A stretch of DNA of 64,000 nt from positions 1 through 64,000 of IMG/VR virus record IMGVR_UViG_3300044472_000055; one strand, written 5' to 3'. A program made the translations under genes and the position numbers. Under the pieces are notes generated by a model. The model saw only the letters and a program-made list of their open reading frames with translations, searched no databases and was not told the DNA's origin. Each line of letters begins with the position of its first letter. Position 1 is the stretch's first letter. The DNA is from a virus. Of this stretch, positions 17,721 through 27,649 are shown piece by piece.

Positions 17721-18785
17721 TCAAAGCCCGAGCCACTTCGGGTTGGCGAGGTACCACTTCACGGTCTTTTCGAGCGACTGCTCGATGCCCATCGGTCGCT
17801 TCCAGCCCAGATCGCGGATGCGCCGATCCTGCATCGCGTAGCGCAGATCGTGACCTGGGCGCGAGCTGTGGAAATCGACCAGCTCGTAGTGCAACGGCTT
17901 GCCGACGAAACCCGCGAGCATCTGTGCAAGGTCGAGGTTCGAGATCTCGCGCTCGCCGCAAACGTGCAGCTTGAGCGGCAGCGTAGAATTCGGGAGCGAG
18001 AGCGTACCAAGATCCCCCGGGGCAAACGCCTCACCATCCCGTCGGATCAGAAAGCCCAGAGCATCGGCATACGTGCGGCAGTGCAGGTAGAAGCGTGTTC
18101 CGCTGAACGTCTTCGTCGGATCGGCGTGAATCAAAACCTTCTCACCGAGGAGCGCACGACGAATCACCATCGGGACGAACTTCTCGTGGTGCTGCCGCTC
18201 GCCTACGAGATTCATCGTGTTGACGATCGTGATCGGCAGCTTGTACGTGTTCGCATATGCAAACGCGACCATCTCGCTGCCCGCTTTCGCTGCTGCATAC
18301 GGGTTCGCCGGACGATACGTCGCTTCTTCGTCGAAGCCCGCCACGTCTTCACCGAACTGCGCCGGTCCATAGACCTCATCGGTCGACACGAGGAAGATGC
18401 GTTTGAGGTTCTTGAGGCCACGTGCCCACCACAGCAGGTGATGTGTACCGATCACGTTGCTCTTGAGGAACGGCATCGGGTCGACGATCGAGTTGTCGAC
18501 GTGAGTCTCTGCAGCGGCGTGGATGATGTAGTCGACGTCGCCGACTTCCTGCCCCACCCCGTCTGGGACCGGTTGCGTAAGATCACAGCCGATGATCTTC
18601 ACCCGTGGATGCGTCGTCGCATCGTTGATCCCAGAATTAGTTCGAATGTCGCGAAGGCGATCGTAGCCAGCCGACGCGTAGCTGAGCTTGTCGAGGATGA
18701 CAATGTTGTGCGCCGTGTTCTTGAGCAAGTGCTCGACGATGTGCGAGCCAAGGAAACCGCAGCCGCCCGTGATGAGAATTCGCAT
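17721..18785 (-). CDS. rmlB: dTDP-glucose 4,6-dehydratase
   Basis: ITGGCGFLGS, DKLSYA, HAAAETHVDNSI, STDEVYG, YAAAK, RPGHDLRYA. Confidence 0.95.
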   Translation of the reverse strand: MRILITGGCGFLGSHIVEHLLKNTAHNIVILDKLSYASAGYDRLRDIRTNSGINDATTHPRVKIIGCDLTQPVPDGVGQEVGDVDYIIHAAAETHVDNSIVDPMPFLKSNVIGTHHLLWWARGLKNLKRIFLVSTDEVYGPAQFGEDVAGFDEEATYRPANPYAAAKAGSEMVAFAYANTYKLPITIVNTMNLVGERQHHEKFVPMVIRRALLGEKVLIHADPTKTFSGTRFYLHCRTYADALGFLIRRDGEAFAPGDLGTLSLPNSTLPLKLHVCGEREISNLDLAQMLAGFVGKPLHYELVDFHSSRPGHDLRYAMQDRRIRDLGWKRPMGIEQSLEKTVKWYLANPKWLGL

Positions 18786-18938
18786 CGACTACGGGTGTAA
18801 ACGATGGGGCTGACAGTCAGGTTTACCGTCGAGGAACGGTGTAGTCATGGACGACGCCGCTGTTCGATGGCGGCGCAAACCAGCCCTGCACCGTGATCAC
18901 CATCCACACGAGCACGCGCATCTTTTCGAGGCGATGCA

Positions 18939-19250
18939 TCAGTAGTTGCTCTCAGCGGCACGCACCATCTTCGTGATCGTCGATTCGATCAGCTTGTTCG
19001 CCGCATCGGTGGTGATGTGCTTCTTGACGGCTTCGGCGATGGCGGCATCGAGCTGCTCCGCAAACATCTCGCGGAGCATGCGCTCGGCAACACCAAGGAC
19101 GTATCGCTTGATCGCGTCGTCGATCGGATTGTTGTATCCGCTTTGCAGCGTCTTCTGTACAGCTTCCGAGATGACCTTGCCGAGGCCAGCCTTGATCAGC
19201 TCGTCTTGTACGAGCCGCTCGATGTCTTGTGCGTTGATGTTGATCTGCAT
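18939..19250 (-). CDS. hypothetical helical protein
   Basis: Coupled to the upstream stop. Confidence 0.6.
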   Translation of the reverse strand: MQININAQDIERLVQDELIKAGLGKVISEAVQKTLQSGYNNPIDDAIKRYVLGVAERMLREMFAEQLDAAIAEAVKKHITTDAANKLIESTITKMVRAAESNY

Positions 19251-19456
19251 CAGTTCTTCGTCCCTTTCATGAAGACTTCGAAGGCCTCGATGCACGTGTC
19301 ACAGAGATCCTTCGGCCACTTCCCCTTCAATCGGCCGAAATTGGCCAGGCGATCCCACTTCGGGGGCCACTTCGGGTCGGCCTGCCCTTCGCTGTCGACC
19401 AGCTCGGTCTTACCGCACCGATCGCACTGCACTTCCATCTTGGGCTTGAACCCCAT
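19250..19456 (-). CDS. small Zn-finger protein
   Basis: CDRCG...DLCDTC. Confidence 0.65.
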   Translation of the reverse strand: MGFKPKMEVQCDRCGKTELVDSEGQADPKWPPKWDRLANFGRLKGKWPKDLCDTCIEAFEVFMKGTKN

Positions 19457-20223
19457 CAGTACATCGTCCCTGTCTGCAGGTCGAGGTGCCCGACCTTCAC
19501 GCGCATGTCGACGCCGAACCGCTTGCCACGCTCCTTGGCGTTCTTGCAGAAGTAGAGATCCTGCGTGAAGCCTTGCGTACCTTTGCCTTCGACGATGTCT
19601 GCGACCGTGACGAACCACGGTGCGGCAAGCTCCTTGAACAGCTCCATGCGATAGAGTGAACACCCCATCGCGATGCCGTTGACCTCCATGATTTGGCCCT
19701 TCATGAGCGCCTCACGAATGTCGCGCGGACGGAAGTCGAGGACACCGGTCCGACGGAATTCGTCTGCGTCACCGTACGCCATCGGCATGTTGACCTCACC
19801 CTTCGTGAAGTAGATGCCGCTGACCGCGTCGAAACGGATGTTCGTGCCCACGCCTTCGATCGCTTCGAGAAGGCGTACGTGCGCATCGGGTGGCGGCACG
19901 TTGTCCGATTCCAGCGTCATGATGTACTTCCACGTGCTCAGCTCGGGATTGGCCAAGATGTGTCGGATCATGTTGTCGTACGCGACGCCAACCTCGTCAC
20001 CGATGCAGAAGAGGAACGCACGCTTCTGGTTCATCGGCGTGATGAGGCTCTGCCACGACTGCACGACACGGTGATGAAACTTCGGATCACGCGACGGAAC
20101 GATCACGATCGTCGAGTTGTCCTTGTACGTGCTACCGGGCAGCATGAACACGCGTTCGTAGCCGAGCCCGGTTTGCTTGATGTCTCGGAGGCGCTTGGCG
20201 ACTTCGTCAGCTGAAACGTCCAT
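19456..20223 (-). CDS. glycosyltransferase, GT-A/GT2-like
   Basis: LESDNVPP (DxD-like), AMGCSLY, TQDLYFC, VKVGH. Confidence 0.8.
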   Translation of the reverse strand: MDVSADEVAKRLRDIKQTGLGYERVFMLPGSTYKDNSTIVIVPSRDPKFHHRVVQSWQSLITPMNQKRAFLFCIGDEVGVAYDNMIRHILANPELSTWKYIMTLESDNVPPPDAHVRLLEAIEGVGTNIRFDAVSGIYFTKGEVNMPMAYGDADEFRRTGVLDFRPRDIREALMKGQIMEVNGIAMGCSLYRMELFKELAAPWFVTVADIVEGKGTQGFTQDLYFCKNAKERGKRFGVDMRVKVGHLDLQTGTMY

Positions 20224-20253
20224 CGCTTCGTGTGTACACGATGGGGCTGACGT

Positions 20254-21117
20254 TCATGCGATGATCTGAAAGTAGGGCACGTTCAGCTGAACACCAAGCA
20301 GCGGTGGGAGTGGTGTCGTGCTGACCCACTGTATCGTCTGTCGAATGTCCGAGATATGCACCGACGACGTCGGTAGCGTCGCTGCCGTGAACGTGCCGTC
20401 TGCCCAGTAGTGCGCATAGGTAGCGCCACCCGGGGCGCCCATGTATGTTGCGTCAGGCGCGGTCCACCCAGCGACACGTGTCTCAGCCGTACCTGCGATC
20501 GTGAACGTGCGGCTTGCTGAGCTGACAAGATTGGCTGTAGATCCTGTCATCGTATAGATCCCGACGGCGATGGTGCTGCTCGCCGTTGCGAGGCCGAACA
20601 TGTACTGCCCAGGCGTGATGCTCCACGTCCCTAGCGCACACGAGACAATTTTTTTGGCGTCTGTAGCACCACCAAACACCAGCTCCAACCGTGTTGCAGC
20701 GATCGGCGCACCGATCTCGACGCGTTGAAACAAAGCCCCGATAGGAAGCGTCTGTGAGTTTGCTGTGCTCGTGTACTCACTGCCTGCCGCGCATGGACCA
20801 GGAAACCAACGACTGTTGTCCCAGAACGTGATCGGCACGAACTGCGCCGAGATACTGTTGCCGGTGATCCCGAACGAAATTCCACCGCCACTGTTCAAGA
20901 CGACTGTTCCAGACGTAATGCGTGTAGTACCGGCGCTGATCGATTGGATGCCTGTCGTTGCGCCCGCCGCCGAGGCTGTCACGACATACGACCCGCCCGA
21001 CGTTTGCATCCCAAATGAGACAGCACCGTTGATCAGCGCTACCGTGCCACTGATCGCACGTGTCGTGCTGACGGATACGTTGATGCCTAGTCGAGGCTGC
21101 TGCCGGAAGTCACCCAT
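20254..21117 (-). CDS. fibre/spike paralogue 1
   Basis: SAGT...GTVV...ISFG repeats; WSITPGQY head motif. Confidence 0.75.
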   Translation of the reverse strand: MGDFRQQPRLGINVSVSTTRAISGTVALINGAVSFGMQTSGGSYVVTASAAGATTGIQSISAGTTRITSGTVVLNSGGGISFGITGNSISAQFVPITFWDNSRWFPGPCAAGSEYTSTANSQTLPIGALFQRVEIGAPIAATRLELVFGGATDAKKIVSCALGTWSITPGQYMFGLATASSTIAVGIYTMTGSTANLVSSASRTFTIAGTAETRVAGWTAPDATYMGAPGGATYAHYWADGTFTAATLPTSSVHISDIRQTIQWVSTTPLPPLLGVQLNVPYFQIIA

Positions 21118-21986
21118 CAGAACGTTCCTGCAAGCTGCACAAAGGGTTGCATGCCATTGGTGATGATACCGTCGGCTACGATCTGCCCCTGAATCTGGCT
21201 GGGAACCACGCTCGTCGGAAGCGATGGGGTGCCAGTGGTGTAGTACCCGTACCCGAAATAATCGAGCGCGGTTGTTCCTCCACTATCGTACATGTTGTAG
21301 CGACCCGCCAAGGTCAGGTTACCCGTCGTACCTGCAACGCCGGAAATCGATCCCATCATGCCCAACAGATACTGTCCCGGCGTGATGTTCCACGTGCCGA
21401 GCGCTATCGATCGAAAGCGCGTCCCACTCTGCCCGGCGTACTGACTTGTTGCGCTCGTTGCAGTACCGCTGCTCCACGTAACCGCCGCTGTTGCCGAGCT
21501 GACGAGTGATGCAGTAGATCCACTCATCGTGTACAGCGCCATCGACAGCGTGAAGCTGCCAGCCGTCGAGCCACCAACAGATAGGTGCCCGAGCACATCA
21601 GCTCGGGTGGCTGTCAACGGGCGCCAAAAAATCACGGGCTGAAAGCTCATGTTGAGCACGGTGCTTTCACGTGCAATGCGCAGCACGGCACCATCCCCGG
21701 GGTAGTTGCTCCAGTAGCTCGTGTTGACGAAACCTGCTGTCAACGTCTGCCCATTCACTCCAAACGCGATGCCGTTTGAATTCGAAAACACGGCCTCGCC
21801 CGTCGAGATCAACGCTGTTCCCGCACTCAGCGCGATCGCTGCACCAACGACGGCGTTCCCCGTAACGTTCCACGAGCTGCTCCCAAAGCTCATCCCAAAC
21901 GACACACTGTTCGAATTGGAAAGGACAACCGTGCCCGTGTTCGCCTGTAGCGTGCCTGCCGATACGTTTACGCCAACTTTCGCCAT
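21117..21986 (-). CDS. fibre/spike paralogue 2
   Basis: SNSNSVSFG repeats; YTMSGSTASL, SGTRFRS, WNITPGQY. Confidence 0.75.
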   Translation of the reverse strand: MAKVGVNVSAGTLQANTGTVVLSNSNSVSFGMSFGSSSWNVTGNAVVGAAIALSAGTALISTGEAVFSNSNGIAFGVNGQTLTAGFVNTSYWSNYPGDGAVLRIARESTVLNMSFQPVIFWRPLTATRADVLGHLSVGGSTAGSFTLSMALYTMSGSTASLVSSATAAVTWSSGTATSATSQYAGQSGTRFRSIALGTWNITPGQYLLGMMGSISGVAGTTGNLTLAGRYNMYDSGGTTALDYFGYGYYTTGTPSLPTSVVPSQIQGQIVADGIITNGMQPFVQLAGTF

Positions 21987-22891
21987 CAGAATGTCCCCGC
22001 AAGCCGGATGGTGGGGCGGATGTTCGTGAGCCCAGTACGCGTCTGGTTGATAGCGGTCAAATGCACAGAAGAGGGGAGCACAGAAGAGGCCGCTGAATAA
22101 ATGCCGCCCGCAAAGTAGGGCGTGTGGTCACCACCGCCCGGCTCAAGCAACGTTCTAAAGAACGTCTGCCCACCGAAGCTGATCGATGCCGTGGCGCCAC
22201 CCGTCGCAGAGACGAGGTAGCCAATGAGGTAATCGCCTGGAGTAATGCTCCACGTGCCGAGCGGCACCGAGCGGTAACGCCAGTTCGATTGACCTCCGTA
22301 TGCCGACACTTGATTCGTCTGCGTCCCGTTCGAAAACGTCACTCCTACGCTAGCTGTGCTAGCAAGAGATGCCGTCGACCCGGCGAAGGTGTAGAGCCCC
22401 AACGAAATTGTATAGGACCCCGTGGCTGCAGCTGTCCCGGCCCAGTACATGTAGAAGTCAGCGCGCGTCGCGTCGATCGGAAACATGAACGCTTCACGAA
22501 TCAACGTGACGTTCAATGTCGTGCTTTGCGATGCGATGCTATTGGGTCCGGGATACACCCCGTTGTGCCAGTAGTTCATCTTCGGCTGGCTCGCCGTCAC
22601 CGTCTGGCCGTTGATGCCGAATTGAAGCGCACCGTTGTTCGAGAACGACGCCGTCGTATTGCTTACGTTGCTCGTGCCGACAGCGAGCGCAAGCTTCGCC
22701 GCTGCAGACGCAGACATAGTCAGAACGTACGAGCTAGCTGATGTCGCCATCCCGAACGTGACGTTGTTGCTATTCGAAAACACAACGGTGCCGGTTTCCG
22801 CTAGCAGCGTGCCAGCAGAAAGCGCAAGACCTTGCCGAACGTTCGCAAACGCATTCGTCAGTGATGCGTTGGTGACGAAACTCTGGCCCAT
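21986..22891 (-). CDS. fibre/spike paralogue 3
   Basis: FSNSNNVTFG; YTFAGSTASL; WSITPGDY. Confidence 0.75.
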   Translation of the reverse strand: MGQSFVTNASLTNAFANVRQGLALSAGTLLAETGTVVFSNSNNVTFGMATSASSYVLTMSASAAAKLALAVGTSNVSNTTASFSNNGALQFGINGQTVTASQPKMNYWHNGVYPGPNSIASQSTTLNVTLIREAFMFPIDATRADFYMYWAGTAAATGSYTISLGLYTFAGSTASLASTASVGVTFSNGTQTNQVSAYGGQSNWRYRSVPLGTWSITPGDYLIGYLVSATGGATASISFGGQTFFRTLLEPGGGDHTPYFAGGIYSAASSVLPSSVHLTAINQTRTGLTNIRPTIRLAGTF

Positions 22892-22894
22892 CGT

Positions 22895-23791
22895 CTACGT
22901 CCGTCCGAGGCGGAACCACGCATTGACTGGATCTTGTGACCCAGACAGTCCGTGAAACAGCTGGCTATCCGCTACCGAATTTGGCAACGACGCCGACGTT
23001 GTCGAGTACACCCCGTTGAATTGATATCCGAGCGTAGAAAGCTGACTCGTCGCGGTCGACACGTTATTCGCGCCTTGAAACACGGCACCTAGACCATCAG
23101 CCTGCGATACGCCTCGAATCGAATAGTTCATCGAAGCTGTACCACCGAGCGTGTGGAAATGCAGTCCAAGCACATATGGCCCAGGAGTCAGCGCCGACAT
23201 AGCCGTGGCGACACCAGTGATGAGGAATTGCCGGATGCCACTGACCGACGCTGTCGCGGTATTCGAGAAGCTTGCTGAGAAGCTGCCGAGCAAACTCATC
23301 GTCTGCGAATCGACAAGCGTATAGATCCCGACCGTCATCGAGAACGAGTTGGACCCCGATGTCGAACGACTACCCTCCCACGCGAAGCGATTCCACGCGA
23401 GGTAGTAGGGCAGGTGAAAGGGAATGAAGAACGGACGCTCGCTGAGCGCCGTCAGGTTCGTGACGTTCGAGATCGCGTGATAGCTGATGTTTTCGAAGTC
23501 AGGGTACGTGTATCCAACAGATGCCGTGAGTGTTTGTCCGTTGAGGCCGAAGCTCACACCGTTTGCGTTCGAAAACGATACCGTTCCCGTCGACGCTACG
23601 GCCGTACCCGCGCTGATAGCTACACCCGGATTCGTAGCGGATGCCGTGATCACGAACGACCCACCCGTCGTCGTTGCCATCCCAAACGTGACGTTGTTGC
23701 TGTTGGAGAGTACGACTGTGCCCGTCCTGGCTGTACCGGTACCGGCACCGAGGTTGATGCCGATCCGTTGGTTCGGAAATCCTTGCCCCAT
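22895..23791 (-). CDS. fibre/spike paralogue 4
   Basis: LSNSNNVTFG, FSNANGVSFGLNGQTLTAS; LTPGPY. Confidence 0.75.
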   Translation of the reverse strand: MGQGFPNQRIGINLGAGTGTARTGTVVLSNSNNVTFGMATTTGGSFVITASATNPGVAISAGTAVASTGTVSFSNANGVSFGLNGQTLTASVGYTYPDFENISYHAISNVTNLTALSERPFFIPFHLPYYLAWNRFAWEGSRSTSGSNSFSMTVGIYTLVDSQTMSLLGSFSASFSNTATASVSGIRQFLITGVATAMSALTPGPYVLGLHFHTLGGTASMNYSIRGVSQADGLGAVFQGANNVSTATSQLSTLGYQFNGVYSTTSASLPNSVADSQLFHGLSGSQDPVNAWFRLGRT

Positions 23792-23793
23792 GA

Positions 23794-24135
23794 CTAAGTG
23801 ATCGTCATTCCGCTTGCGCTGAAGGTGGTATTGCCATCGGCAGACTCCACAACAATGAAGTCACCTGCCTCCAGAATGACCGGCGCGTTCATCATGTACG
23901 GATCGCCGAAGTCGAGGACGAGGTTTTGAATGATCGCGTTGTTGTCCTGCGCTGTGCCGCCGCTAGGAACAAGCCACACGTTGATGTTGTCGTCGTTGTT
24001 GGTGTCTACGTTGCAAGCAATGAGCGTTACGAGCAGCGTCTGCGTTGCAACCGGCGCAACCGGCGACGTATAGAGCGTCGTCGGGGTTGCCGCAGCTGGT
24101 TTGCTTCGCCCTAGGAATGCATACGCCTGTGCCAC
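23794..24135 (-). CDS. small beta-sandwich virion protein
   Basis: TTLYTSP...IACN...VILEAGDFIVV. Confidence 0.65.
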   Translation of the reverse strand: MAQAYAFLGRSKPAAATPTTLYTSPVAPVATQTLLVTLIACNVDTNNDDNINVWLVPSGGTAQDNNAIIQNLVLDFGDPYMMNAPVILEAGDFIVVESADGNTTFSASGMTIT

Positions 24136-24169
24136 ACGAAGACGCTATCACGTGGGGGTGACGATGCTG

Positions 24170-24544
24170 CTACACACCTACAAGCTGCATCACGAACACG
24201 TAATCCATTGATCCGCCACCTGTACCGCCCGCCGCACTTGCGGTGATCGTAGATCCGTTGATGCCGAAGCTCACCGTAGGGGAGTTCGAGAACACCAGCT
24301 GACCGTTCGAGAAACGCGTCGTACCTGCGCTAAGCGCCGTGATGAGCCCCATCGTTCCGTTCGCATCAGGCATGCTGATCGAACGCGTCGCCGTTGGGTT
24401 GGCGTAGAGGTGCTGCGCACCACCTGTATTTGCGAACACGACGGACTTCGCACCCGCAGCTGAACCGACAACAAACTGCTCGCCGTAAAACACGAGCGAG
24501 GCGCTCGTGAGTACGACGACATCTTGAAAATTCGATTCGGGCAT
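24170..24544 (-). CDS. short fibre paralogue 5 (lacks the head domain)
   Basis: N-terminus MPESNFQDVVVL closely matches 24558-25892. Confidence 0.7.
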   Translation of the reverse strand: MPESNFQDVVVLTSASLVFYGEQFVVGSAAGAKSVVFANTGGAQHLYANPTATRSISMPDANGTMGLITALSAGTTRFSNGQLVFSNSPTVSFGINGSTITASAAGGTGGGSMDYVFVMQLVGV

Positions 24545-24557
24545 TTAAGCCCCTTCC

Positions 24558-25892
24558 TTAGAAGGAGCCGACGAGGATGACACCCGGCTGACGCAACGCG
24601 GGCAGGCCCGTACGAACGTAGTTCGTGTTCGTGGCCACGATGCTGGCGGGCATCGCCGAGTTGAAGCTCGACGTCGAGTAGCCATCGATGAAGTATCCAG
24701 TTTCGAAGCCATCGTAGGTGCCGACGATGTTGACAGCCTGCCGCCCCATCACGCGCCACTTGTCGATGTTCGCGGTCTGGAAGTGGTATGCGATCAAGTA
24801 GTCGCCGGGGGTGATGTTCAGGTTGATACCGATCGTACGATAGCGCGTGCCACTGACACCGCCGTAACGCGAGCTGGCGCTCGTCTCGCTACCCGACGTC
24901 CACGAGATGACGCGAGAGCCCGAGCTGGCGAGTGATGCCGTCGAGCCCGCAAGCGTGTACACGCCCATGCTGACCGTGAGCGCACCCGTTGATTGCGATC
25001 CAGTCGCACCGGCATTCAGGTCCATCATGATCGCGGCTTGCGTTGCCGAGATCGAGACCGGTGACGAAACCTTCTGCAACAACAGCGAACCATGCGAGAT
25101 GCTCGCGTTGGTGCCGAATTCGGCCCACTGGCTGAACGCGGTGACACGGACGCCCGCTGCGACGCTTGCCGTGATCGTCGCGCCGTTCGCGCCGAAGCTG
25201 ACACCGTTGCTGTTCGAGAACACGATCTGGTTGCCCGTCGCGTTCGTCGTACCGGCCGAGATCGAGCGGACGTAGTCTGCCGTCGCCGTGATCTGCGTCG
25301 AACCCGACATGCCGAAGCTGATGCCGTTCGAGTTGTTGAAGAAGAACGTGCCGCTCGTGCCCGTCTGCGTGCCTGCCGCGAGCGCCGCAGGACCCGTCGA
25401 CTGCGTAGCCGAGATGTTGATCGTCGCGAGCGAGCCTGCAGCCGTTGACTGTGACAGCGTGACAATACCGAGACCCGCAAACACGACCGTGCCTTGCGTC
25501 GTGCCGGTGTTGCCCAACGTGTTGCCGCCCGTCGAGACACCGATGGCCGTGACACCCGGCTGCGTGCTCTGCGCGAAGCTTGCCGTGAGCGTGTTGCCGT
25601 TGAGCCCGAACGAGATGTTGTTCGAGTTCGAAAACACGACCTGGCCATTCGAGGCGAGCGTGGTTCCGGCGCTGAGGGCCGTGATGAGACCCACGGTGCC
25701 GTTGGCGTCCGGCAGGTTGACCGTTCGGTTACCTGCGCCGGTCGCGTTGCCTGCGAAGTGGATCGCACCGACGTCGTTGCTCAGGACGAGAGACTTCGCC
25801 CCCGCGTCTGATCCAAGCGCAATCTGCTGGCCAAGGACACTCAGCGTGGCGTCATTGAGTACAACTACGTCCTGAAAGTTCGATTGCGGCAT
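24558..25892 (-). CDS. long fibre/spike paralogue 6
   Basis: About 4 copies of the SAGT...FSNSN..SFG.NG.T.TAS shaft repeat plus the shared head. Confidence 0.8.
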   Translation of the reverse strand: MPQSNFQDVVVLNDATLSVLGQQIALGSDAGAKSLVLSNDVGAIHFAGNATGAGNRTVNLPDANGTVGLITALSAGTTLASNGQVVFSNSNNISFGLNGNTLTASFAQSTQPGVTAIGVSTGGNTLGNTGTTQGTVVFAGLGIVTLSQSTAAGSLATINISATQSTGPAALAAGTQTGTSGTFFFNNSNGISFGMSGSTQITATADYVRSISAGTTNATGNQIVFSNSNGVSFGANGATITASVAAGVRVTAFSQWAEFGTNASISHGSLLLQKVSSPVSISATQAAIMMDLNAGATGSQSTGALTVSMGVYTLAGSTASLASSGSRVISWTSGSETSASSRYGGVSGTRYRTIGINLNITPGDYLIAYHFQTANIDKWRVMGRQAVNIVGTYDGFETGYFIDGYSTSSFNSAMPASIVATNTNYVRTGLPALRQPGVILVGSF

Positions 25893-25901
25893 TGATTTAC
25901 C

Positions 25902-26639
25902 TTACGTGGTGCCGAAGAGAATCCAGCCCGGTTGTTGACGCGCAGAGAGACCCGTACGGACATAGCCCGTGTCGGTCGCAACAACCGACAAAGGAAACGC
26001 CGCTGTGGTCACCGCAGAGACGCCATCGAGGAAATAGTTCGCATCGGCACTAGCGAACATACCAACGATGTTAACGCCCTGTCGGCCAAAGATGCGCACC
26101 GTTCCGTCATTTGCGGTAGTGAGCGACAAAGCAACTAGATAGTCGCCGGGGGTCATGCTGACACCCCATGCAAAGTCGCGATACCGCGTACCGCTGACTC
26201 CACCGTAGAGGCTGCTCGCCGTCGTTTCGCTGCCGCTGGACCACGTGAACGCCCCAGATGCTGTCGTCACTGCGCTCGCGGTTTGGCCTGAGATCGCATA
26301 CGCCGCGAAGCCAAACGTCACGCCACCGGAGCTGTTTGAATGCCCGGACAGATCCATCACGACTACGCCATTGGCTGCCGAGATCGGCATCGGCAACGAG
26401 ACCTTCTGGTATGACACCACGCCAGCCGTCACCGTGTAGTTCGTGTCGAACTGCGCCCACTGACTGAACACCGAAATCGGCGTCGTCATCACGCTCGCCG
26501 TCGCTGCGATGCTCGCCGTGATCGTGTTGCCGTTGATGCCCCACGTCACGCCATTGGCGTTGGCGAACGACACGCCCTCACCGGTCGCGTACGTCGTGCC
26601 ACCCGAGATCGATCGGATTGCGGGGACGAAGAGAGGCAT
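25902..26639 (-). CDS. fibre/spike paralogue 7
   Basis: One shaft repeat; head closely similar to paralogue 6 (FSQWA, YGGVSGTRYR, GRQ.VNIVG). Confidence 0.75.
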   Translation of the reverse strand: MPLFVPAIRSISGGTTYATGEGVSFANANGVTWGINGNTITASIAATASVMTTPISVFSQWAQFDTNYTVTAGVVSYQKVSLPMPISAANGVVVMDLSGHSNSSGGVTFGFAAYAISGQTASAVTTASGAFTWSSGSETTASSLYGGVSGTRYRDFAWGVSMTPGDYLVALSLTTANDGTVRIFGRQGVNIVGMFASADANYFLDGVSAVTTAAFPLSVVATDTGYVRTGLSARQQPGWILFGTT

Positions 26640-26645
26640 GATGGC

Positions 26646-27056
26646 CTAGGGCAGGTACTCGTCGACCATCGCCGCGCCCGTCGCAGCGGGGTCCCACACG
26701 CCGAACACGTCACCGACGAAGCGAAACGGGTCTTCGTAGTAGCCGTGCGGCGGGAGGGCGACGGTATGAAACGTCGGCGAGACAGCGCCGACGGTGGTGC
26801 TTGCCTTGACGTAAAGCCAATCGGTATCAGAAGAGTTGCGGATCGAGAACCCTAGGCGATTGGCGTTGGCCGCAAGAAGCAACACCGGCACCAACGACGC
26901 CGGGATAGCGGTGAGGCCGCTCGTCGTCGACGGCTCAGGGATAACCGTCGACGGTCCAATTGGACGGACGACAAGGCCCTGCTCGTCAGGAGCGGGCGGG
27001 CTGTCGCGGGTTGCGGCCTCGGAGACCGTTGACCCCGAGAAGGTCAGATCGCTCAC
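26646..27056 (-). CDS. small beta-sandwich virion protein
   Basis: LLAANANRLGFSIRNSS...LYV pattern. Confidence 0.65.
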   Translation of the reverse strand: MSDLTFSGSTVSEAATRDSPPAPDEQGLVVRPIGPSTVIPEPSTTSGLTAIPASLVPVLLLAANANRLGFSIRNSSDTDWLYVKASTTVGAVSPTFHTVALPPHGYYEDPFRFVGDVFGVWDPAATGAAMVDEYLP

Positions 27057-27598
27057 GCAAGCTGCCTCGCTGTGTACGAGACGACAACGCCATTGGTGCT
27101 GCCGCGCGCAAAGAGGTAGTCGCCCGCTTCGAGATCGATGAAGTGCGAATCACCCGCCGGGATGACGATCGATGATGGCCCAGCTTCGGCGCCAGACGTC
27201 TGATCAACATCCGTCGAGAAGATCGCGTAAGCACCCGGAGGACCCACGGTACGCGCCTGCACCGCCCAGCGCCGACCGCCCGATGCACGCATCAAACGAT
27301 TGGCTGCGGTGGCAGAGAGTGTCACCGTCGACATCTTGTTCTTGAGCCCAGGATCCGGAGACGCATCCATCACGGATCCCATCGGAGGAAGCGCAAGCTG
27401 CTGCGGCGCCGAAGGTAGCTGTGCGCCACTACCAACGTTCCAGATGTTGATAGGCCCGTTCAGAGCCTGACCATTCCGGCGTTCGCGCAGCAAAAACACA
27501 GCGACCGCGCCGACCCCAATGGCAACGCCGCACAGCAGCCCGAACCACACGAGCATGCGCCACGACGGGCGGTCGTCTTCGTCACGTTCGGCTGCCAC
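27053..27598 (-). CDS. N-terminally membrane-anchored beta-sandwich protein
   Basis: N-terminal TM; C-terminal VIPAGDSHFIDLEAGDYLFA. Confidence 0.65.
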   Translation of the reverse strand: MAAERDEDDRPSWRMLVWFGLLCGVAIGVGAVAVFLLRERRNGQALNGPINIWNVGSGAQLPSAPQQLALPPMGSVMDASPDPGLKNKMSTVTLSATAANRLMRASGGRRWAVQARTVGPPGAYAIFSTDVDQTSGAEAGPSSIVIPAGDSHFIDLEAGDYLFARGSTNGVVVSYTARQLA

Positions 27599-27649
27599 CC
27601 CTACACGCTACCACGAGCTGAATCAGGGGCGTGGTACGTTTGGCGCAGC

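Noticed and set aside
17721-18785. rmlB and glycosyltransferases as a sign of a host chromosomal LPS locus
   Set aside because: They are flanked by viral genes and carry the virus-specific promoter motif.
20254-26639. Reading the fibre genes as evidence of a tailed phage
   Set aside because: No baseplate, tube, sheath or tape-measure genes are recognisable nearby, and tailless viruses also carry fibres. It cannot be fully excluded outside the window.
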